This document shows, in pieces, positions 30,924-35,042 of a stretch of DNA of 35,042 nucleotides. The stretch lies in the NCBI GenBank assembly GCA_964639105.1, contig CAZXBW010000002.1, forward strand, positions 1 through 35,042, written 5' to 3'. How positions within the stretch are numbered: the first letter of the stretch is position 1; the number at the start of each line of letters is the position of its first letter. The translations under genes and the position numbers were made by a program. The notes under the pieces are model-generated. The model was not told the origin of the DNA, did not search any database, and saw nothing but the letters and a program-made list of their open reading frames with translations. This DNA comes from an uncultured Nitrososphaerota archaeon (GTDB lineage Archaea; Thermoproteota; EX4484-205; JAAOZO01).

Positions 30924-31528
30924 CGATCGTGCGACTCGACGTAGTCTGAGATTGAACTGAAAGTGCTATCTTCTATCCAACCGAATCTGTGAAGCTCATC
31001 GGCGACTTCCATGAGAGTCGCAACACAGGCGAAATGGATGTTCCTCTCTTTCAGGAGTGTGGAACCCCCCTCTTGCTTGTCCAGAAACACGCAATACCCG
31101 TGTAGTACACCTCCTTCATTCTTGATCACCTTAGCCATTTCAAGTGCTTTCTTTCCGGTAGCGATGACATCATCGATCACGAGTATTCTGTCTCCCGGAA
31201 ACATGGTGCCGAGAACTGGCCCGTACTTATCCTCCGCGGGTGTCTTGCGCAGTACGACCAGAGGCTTGTTCAGGAACTGGGAGGCAAGCGTAGCGATAGG
31301 CAGACCGCTGTGATCTGAGCCACCGATTCTGTTGTAGCCCTCTCCGAACTCCTGTTTGATGATTGTGCAGAGTTCCTTGGTGGTAGCAGCAAGCATCGTG
31401 GGATCTTGCCAGAGTCTGTTCAGGTCGAAGTTGAGCGGGGCCGGCTCCCCCATATCATTGGTGAAGTAGCCCAATTGTAGCGCTTCTGTCTGAGCGATTG
31501 CCTTGGCGAGCACTTTCGCTCTATCCAT
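30920..31528 (-). CDS. pyrE: Orotate phosphoribosyltransferase-like type I PRTase
   Basis: The PRPP-binding loop is RILVIDDVIATGKKALE. The upstream pattern ALQLGYFTNDMGEPAPLNFDLNRL...IGGSDHSGLPIA...LRK resembles OPRT. The gene symbol is tentative. Confidence 0.6.
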   Translation of the reverse strand: MDRAKVLAKAIAQTEALQLGYFTNDMGEPAPLNFDLNRLWQDPTMLAATTKELCTIIKQEFGEGYNRIGGSDHSGLPIATLASQFLNKPLVVLRKTPAEDKYGPVLGTMFPGDRILVIDDVIATGKKALEMAKVIKNEGGVLHGYCVFLDKQEGGSTLLKERNIHFACVATLMEVADELHRFGWIEDSTFSSISDYVESHDR

Positions 31529-32264
31529 ATATTTGCATCTCCCCTGGATGGATCATCTTCACCTGCGTTTTGTCGCAGACCTTCCTTACACTCGCCTTGA
31601 ACTTCTGAACGTCAGTGCCGTGAAATGGAACTACGATTTTTGATCGAACCAACTCAGCAACCTGTGCGCCGCTCATCGGTGACACTCCGGGATCCAAACC
31701 TATGGGGACGAACGTGATGTCAGGTTCCTGCTCTGACACGACTTTCATGTCTTCGTTCGGCAAACTGTCGCTAGCGTGGTATATCCTCAGTCCATTGTCC
31801 AAGACTATCATGTAGGTCAGCGGGGTCTTGGCAGTTGGATGGTTGCTCCTGAAAGCCGATATCGTCATCATGTCCATTGACAGTTCGTCACCTGGATTCA
31901 TCACCCTGATCGTGTCCTTGTTGATGAGCCTTCTGAGAAGGACGGCGGAGGTTTGATCCGCGATGACGGGAGGGAGGTCTTCAGGAGGTGCCACGCCGTA
32001 TGGTTTTTGCTGAACAGTCCCTGCAAGGCCGTTGCTCACTGCTTTGTGCAGAGAGAAGATGAAGTTCTCGTCGAGATGATGCGAATGCTCGTGGGTCACG
32101 AGTATGACGTCGGGCCTGAAATTATCTGGAAGAGTGTAACGGGTCGTGTCAACGAGTACGTTGTACATAGGAGATCTTATGATGAGGCCAGAGCGATCAT
32201 TGGTTCTCATGACTGCTGTCTGTGACTTGCCCAGACCGATTTCGGCCATGTCAGAAACATTCAA
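31521..32264 (-). CDS. MBL-fold metallo-hydrolase
   Basis: The beta-lactamase-fold metal motif ILVTHEHSHHLD (HxHxHH variant of HxHxDH) is present, with later His/Asp residues (YHASDS, VPFHG). Confidence 0.65.
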   Translation of the reverse strand: MNVSDMAEIGLGKSQTAVMRTNDRSGLIIRSPMYNVLVDTTRYTLPDNFRPDVILVTHEHSHHLDENFIFSLHKAVSNGLAGTVQQKPYGVAPPEDLPPVIADQTSAVLLRRLINKDTIRVMNPGDELSMDMMTISAFRSNHPTAKTPLTYMIVLDNGLRIYHASDSLPNEDMKVVSEQEPDITFVPIGLDPGVSPMSGAQVAELVRSKIVVPFHGTDVQKFKASVRKVCDKTQVKMIHPGEMQIYG

Positions 32265-32330
32265 TTTCAGGACTTTGATTATCGCTCGGCTTCATGCTTA
32301 AAAGACTTCCTCTCATTCCCCGAACGTCAG

Positions 32331-33467
32331 TTGACCGAGGTCCACGTGCCGTATGGCCCTACTCGCATTTTCCTCACTGTGGAACCCGAAGAACTTTTGT
32401 GTGTAAAGGATCCAGAGACCAAGACATGGATCACAGACTATCCAGTGGATAAGCACGCCCGTCTCCCCGAATCTCTCAAGCGCGTGATAGTTCGCGTTGA
32501 CCTCAGGCTAGCGCTGGACCAACGCGCGTCAAACGATGCTATGAAGACGCTGAGGGGCGAGTTGCCGGAGGGCTGTGCTATGAACGTACAGGTGATGTCG
32601 CCCAAATCCGCTCAGAATCACTTCCGGCAATTGGCTCTGGGAGAGACCCTTCCGACCGAAGGTGGACCTGTGGCCGATGCCACTGTGATCGTCTTGATGA
32701 AAAGCACCTGCCATCCCTTCATAGACCTGTTGAGCGGGTTGGGCGAGACAGCTTATCCAGTTGGAGGCAGCGGACTTCTAGAGTCAATCGACCACTATCT
32801 CGCGGGCGAAGAGGAGAGGGCAGTCGACTTGCTGCTGGATCCATTGAAGGAAACTGAGTCGAATATCATGATTGCTCTTGTCGATGGAGGCAATAGGGAG
32901 ACCACCACTTTGACTCGGTACCATGTGGAGCAAATCAGACAGATGTACTCGTCATATCACGAGTCGAACCAAACTCGCATACCGGATGGAGCCACTGCCT
33001 TGATAGGGGGCCTCGGAGGGGAGACGGCTGATTCTGTTCCCTCTGTTGGCATACCATACATGCTGTCTGCTCTGTCCACATCGCGATTCGAAGTAGCGGG
33101 CTTTGTTGGAATGTGGGGTCAACCTACGATAGATCTTCCTCTGTTCGCCTCGGCCAACCTACCCGAACGTGAACTCAAGAGCAAGATCGAGAGCAGGTTT
33201 GACTGGCACGACCTCGTGCTCTACATGATGCGACAGGTCAGATCAGATGAGAGGACCAGGCTAGTGACCTCATTGCCGCCTACCTTGGTCTCTAAGATTT
33301 TAAGATGGAGAGTTCTCGGCACCGGTTCCGATCTGCTGAGATCCCTGAGAAGGTCAGTGCAAGGCGAATTCAAGTTGGCCATAGTCAGAGATCTGTCCCT
33401 GGTGTTCGTACCCAGAAGATCAGAACACGGAGAAGCAAAGCAGGAAAACCAGGATCGCAACGCATAA
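32331..33467 (+). CDS. Hypothetical protein (378 aa)
   Basis: This long ORF has a TTG start. I recognise no confident family. The N-terminal VHVPYGPTRIFLTVEPEEL is only vaguely LarA/DUF2088-like. Confidence 0.4.
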   Translation: MTEVHVPYGPTRIFLTVEPEELLCVKDPETKTWITDYPVDKHARLPESLKRVIVRVDLRLALDQRASNDAMKTLRGELPEGCAMNVQVMSPKSAQNHFRQLALGETLPTEGGPVADATVIVLMKSTCHPFIDLLSGLGETAYPVGGSGLLESIDHYLAGEEERAVDLLLDPLKETESNIMIALVDGGNRETTTLTRYHVEQIRQMYSSYHESNQTRIPDGATALIGGLGGETADSVPSVGIPYMLSALSTSRFEVAGFVGMWGQPTIDLPLFASANLPERELKSKIESRFDWHDLVLYMMRQVRSDERTRLVTSLPPTLVSKILRWRVLGTGSDLLRSLRRSVQGEFKLAIVRDLSLVFVPRRSEHGEAKQENQDRNA

Positions 33468-34481
33468 TTCGATCTTGGTCGACAGGCTCAGACCGCTCAC
33501 ATCATCAAGTGGCCCGGGGTGGTCTCTGAATCCCCACGTGAGCGCGGCGAAAAGAGCCATGAGCCAGAATCCAGCCAGCAGCAGCCCTATGATCGAGGCA
33601 ATGGTGAGGTACTTGTGACCCTGCTGACCTAGAGCTCCCCTAGCGGCATGTCCTCCATCGAGTTGCCCTGCTGGGAAGAGGTTGAGAAATGTCAATGCGA
33701 AGCCCAGCCAGACGGGAGTGGCCAGAGCTCCCATGAATAGTGCTCCATCTCCCTTGCTCAATAACATGGCGAGCAGTTGGAGCGCTGGCTGCATCCCAGT
33801 GAGCGGAACGCCCGTTTGCTCGCTTATCTGCACCGCCTTTCCGAGCGGTATCTGAACTCCTGTTACGATGGCCACGGCCCCGAGAGCAACTGCCGTGACA
33901 AACCCAAACAGCGGACCCGAGATGCCTATGTTGACCAACTCGTCCCTGTTCTTTGGTATATCCTTCTGGAGTATGACTGCCCCGAACGTCGGGTAGACCC
34001 CTGGAATGCCGGGTATGAAGTACGGACCACTGGTCTGGATTCCGGAATTCACAGAGGTCAGCTTGTGTCCTAGCTCGTGGACGCCCAACACAAGAAGGAA
34101 CCCGACCACGTAAGTAGCTAGGCTTGCAATGAACGTTGTTTCCACTCCGGCCGCCGCCTCGATCGCCTGAATCAGGGGAAACCTAAGCGCAAAATCCAAC
34201 CCTATGGTCACAGCCGTGATTAGCAGGGAGCCGAAGATCCAAAACAGGTTTTCTTTTGACTGGCGTTGAGGTGCGGATCTGACCACCGACAGCACAACGT
34301 CGTTGCCTTTTCTCCTGAGCACAGGTAAAAAGCCGATGTCTTTTGTCTTGTCGAAAAGAGAGAGGAATTTTCGCTTCGTGTCGACTGGTGCCACATAGAA
34401 GTTTATCGAGTACGGAGTCTCCTCCATGCCCAATACCTGAAAGCCCGCTTCTCTAACGGCATCGAGGATTCCTGATTGCAT
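33420..34481 (-). CDS. Site-2 protease family M50 membrane metalloprotease
   Basis: The HExxH motif appears as VHELGHKL inside a hydrophobic segment. The second motif is NLFPAGQLDGGH. Several transmembrane helices are present. Confidence 0.85.
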   Translation of the reverse strand: MQSGILDAVREAGFQVLGMEETPYSINFYVAPVDTKRKFLSLFDKTKDIGFLPVLRRKGNDVVLSVVRSAPQRQSKENLFWIFGSLLITAVTIGLDFALRFPLIQAIEAAAGVETTFIASLATYVVGFLLVLGVHELGHKLTSVNSGIQTSGPYFIPGIPGVYPTFGAVILQKDIPKNRDELVNIGISGPLFGFVTAVALGAVAIVTGVQIPLGKAVQISEQTGVPLTGMQPALQLLAMLLSKGDGALFMGALATPVWLGFALTFLNLFPAGQLDGGHAARGALGQQGHKYLTIASIIGLLLAGFWLMALFAALTWGFRDHPGPLDDVSGLSLSTKIELCVAILVFLLCFSVF

Positions 34482-34504
34482 TCGGTGGCGGCCGCAAGTT
34501 GTCA

Positions 34505-34512
34505 GATATAAG
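34505..34512 (-). promoter_or_regulatory. TATA-like box (CTTATATC on the minus strand) about 27 nt upstream of the M50 protease ATG
   Basis: The spacing to ATG 34481 fits a leaderless archaeal promoter. Confidence 0.35.
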
Positions 34513-34628
34513 TTAATCAGAAAATGTTCAGCCCGAGTGAGAGGCGCTAGCCCTCATCAACATGTTCGATATGCCTGCACGGCAAATCCCTAATAGTCAC
34601 CTGCCGCTAACGATGTCTCAATCTGGAC

Positions 34629-35042
34629 ATGGAGACCTCAAAGAATTCCCTCGTTACGAGGAAGGCATATATGAGTGATCTTCCAGAGGTGATTGAGATA
34701 AACCGACAGGAGCTGCCCGAGAATTACAGCCCCGACTTCTTCAAGGAAATGCTTGAAGAGCAAGGCGACTTCTTCTTCGTCGAGGAAGATCGCGGGAAGA
34801 TAGTCGCATATGTCATGTGCAGAAAAGAGGTGGGGTTCTCCCCGTTCGGAGAGTACTTCTCGCTGTCGCCTCGAGGTCATGTAGTGAGTCTGGCCGTAAG
34901 GTCAACGCACCGGAGAATGGAGATCGGCAGGTCGCTTATGCGAACAGTCCACGAGGCGATGAGGAGCGCGGGGATCAAGGAATCGTACCTAGAGGTCAGG
35001 ATAGACAATGCCCCTGCAATAGCACTGTACAAGAGTATGGGC
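34629..35042 (+). CDS. GNAT family N-acetyltransferase (RimI/Ard1-like), 5' part that runs off the window end
   Basis: This ORF is missing from the supplied track because it has no stop within the window. I translated it by hand as METSKNSLVTRKAYMSDLPEVIEINRQELPENYSPDFFKEMLEEQGDFFFVEEDRGKIVAYVMCRKE...GHVVSLAVRSTHRRMEIGRSLMRTVHEAMRSAGIKESYLEVRIDNAPAIALYKSMG. That is the GNAT motif A/B pattern. An in-frame stop lies at 34608-34610, and the first ATG is at 34629. Confidence 0.75.
   Translation, partial: METSKNSLVTRKAYMSDLPEVIEINRQELPENYSPDFFKEMLEEQGDFFFVEEDRGKIVAYVMCRKEVGFSPFGEYFSLSPRGHVVSLAVRSTHRRMEIGRSLMRTVHEAMRSAGIKESYLEVRIDNAPAIALYKSMG

Noticed and set aside
34482-34628. A possible ncRNA in the 147-nt spacer between the M50 protease and GNAT genes
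   Set aside because: I saw only weak, imperfect pairing (GAGAGG...CCCTCA). The spacer is adequately explained by two divergent promoters.
34638-34880. An 80-aa minus-strand ORF from the track
   Set aside because: The plus strand here encodes a clear GNAT acetyltransferase that the track omitted because it runs off the window. The minus-strand ORF is its antisense shadow.
1-35042. rRNA genes, tRNA genes, CRISPR arrays, insertion sequences and prophage genes
   Set aside because: Intergenic spacers are all shorter than about 150 nt. I saw no T-loop/acceptor-stem-like tRNA architecture, no direct-repeat arrays, and no transposase, integrase or capsid-like ORFs. This rests on visual inspection only. 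A tRNAscan, Infernal or minced run would be definitive.

Overview
This window is a compact archaeal chromosome segment, probably euryarchaeal or Thermoplasmatota-like. The evidence is TFB, ribosomal protein S8e, SRP19, Gar1, Trm1, geranylgeranyl reductase, archaeal-type DtdA and Lhr. I call about 38 protein genes. I recognise no rRNA, tRNA, CRISPR array or transposase. Many same-strand gene pairs share 4-nt NTGA stop/start overlaps, and many convergent pairs overlap or abut at their 3' ends.

Three things stand out.

1. The CTP synthase gene pyrG is interrupted by a 22-nt element (15057..15078). The element carries an in-frame stop and folds as a textbook bulge-helix-bulge (hBHBh') motif. The predicted endonuclease cut sites restore the frame and the conserved GGxxSSxGKG motif. 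This makes it a candidate tRNA-type intron in a protein-coding gene.

2. The window has a canonical smc-scpA-scpB operon (2218..6943) and also a second, miniature operon in the same gene order (27078..30139). The second operon encodes a 595-aa hinge-less, cysteine-free SMC-like ATPase whose head motifs look Smc5/Smc6-like. It also encodes a ScpA/Nse4-like kleisin and a tandem winged-helix kite protein that resembles the MAGE/Nse3 homology domain.

3. A bacterial-type acyl carrier protein gene lies convergent to a tightly coupled pta-ackA-acpS operon (17681..20603). This is an unusual gene set for an archaeon.

All calls rest on reading the supplied ORF translations and the raw sequence by eye. 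No database searches or structure predictions were run.
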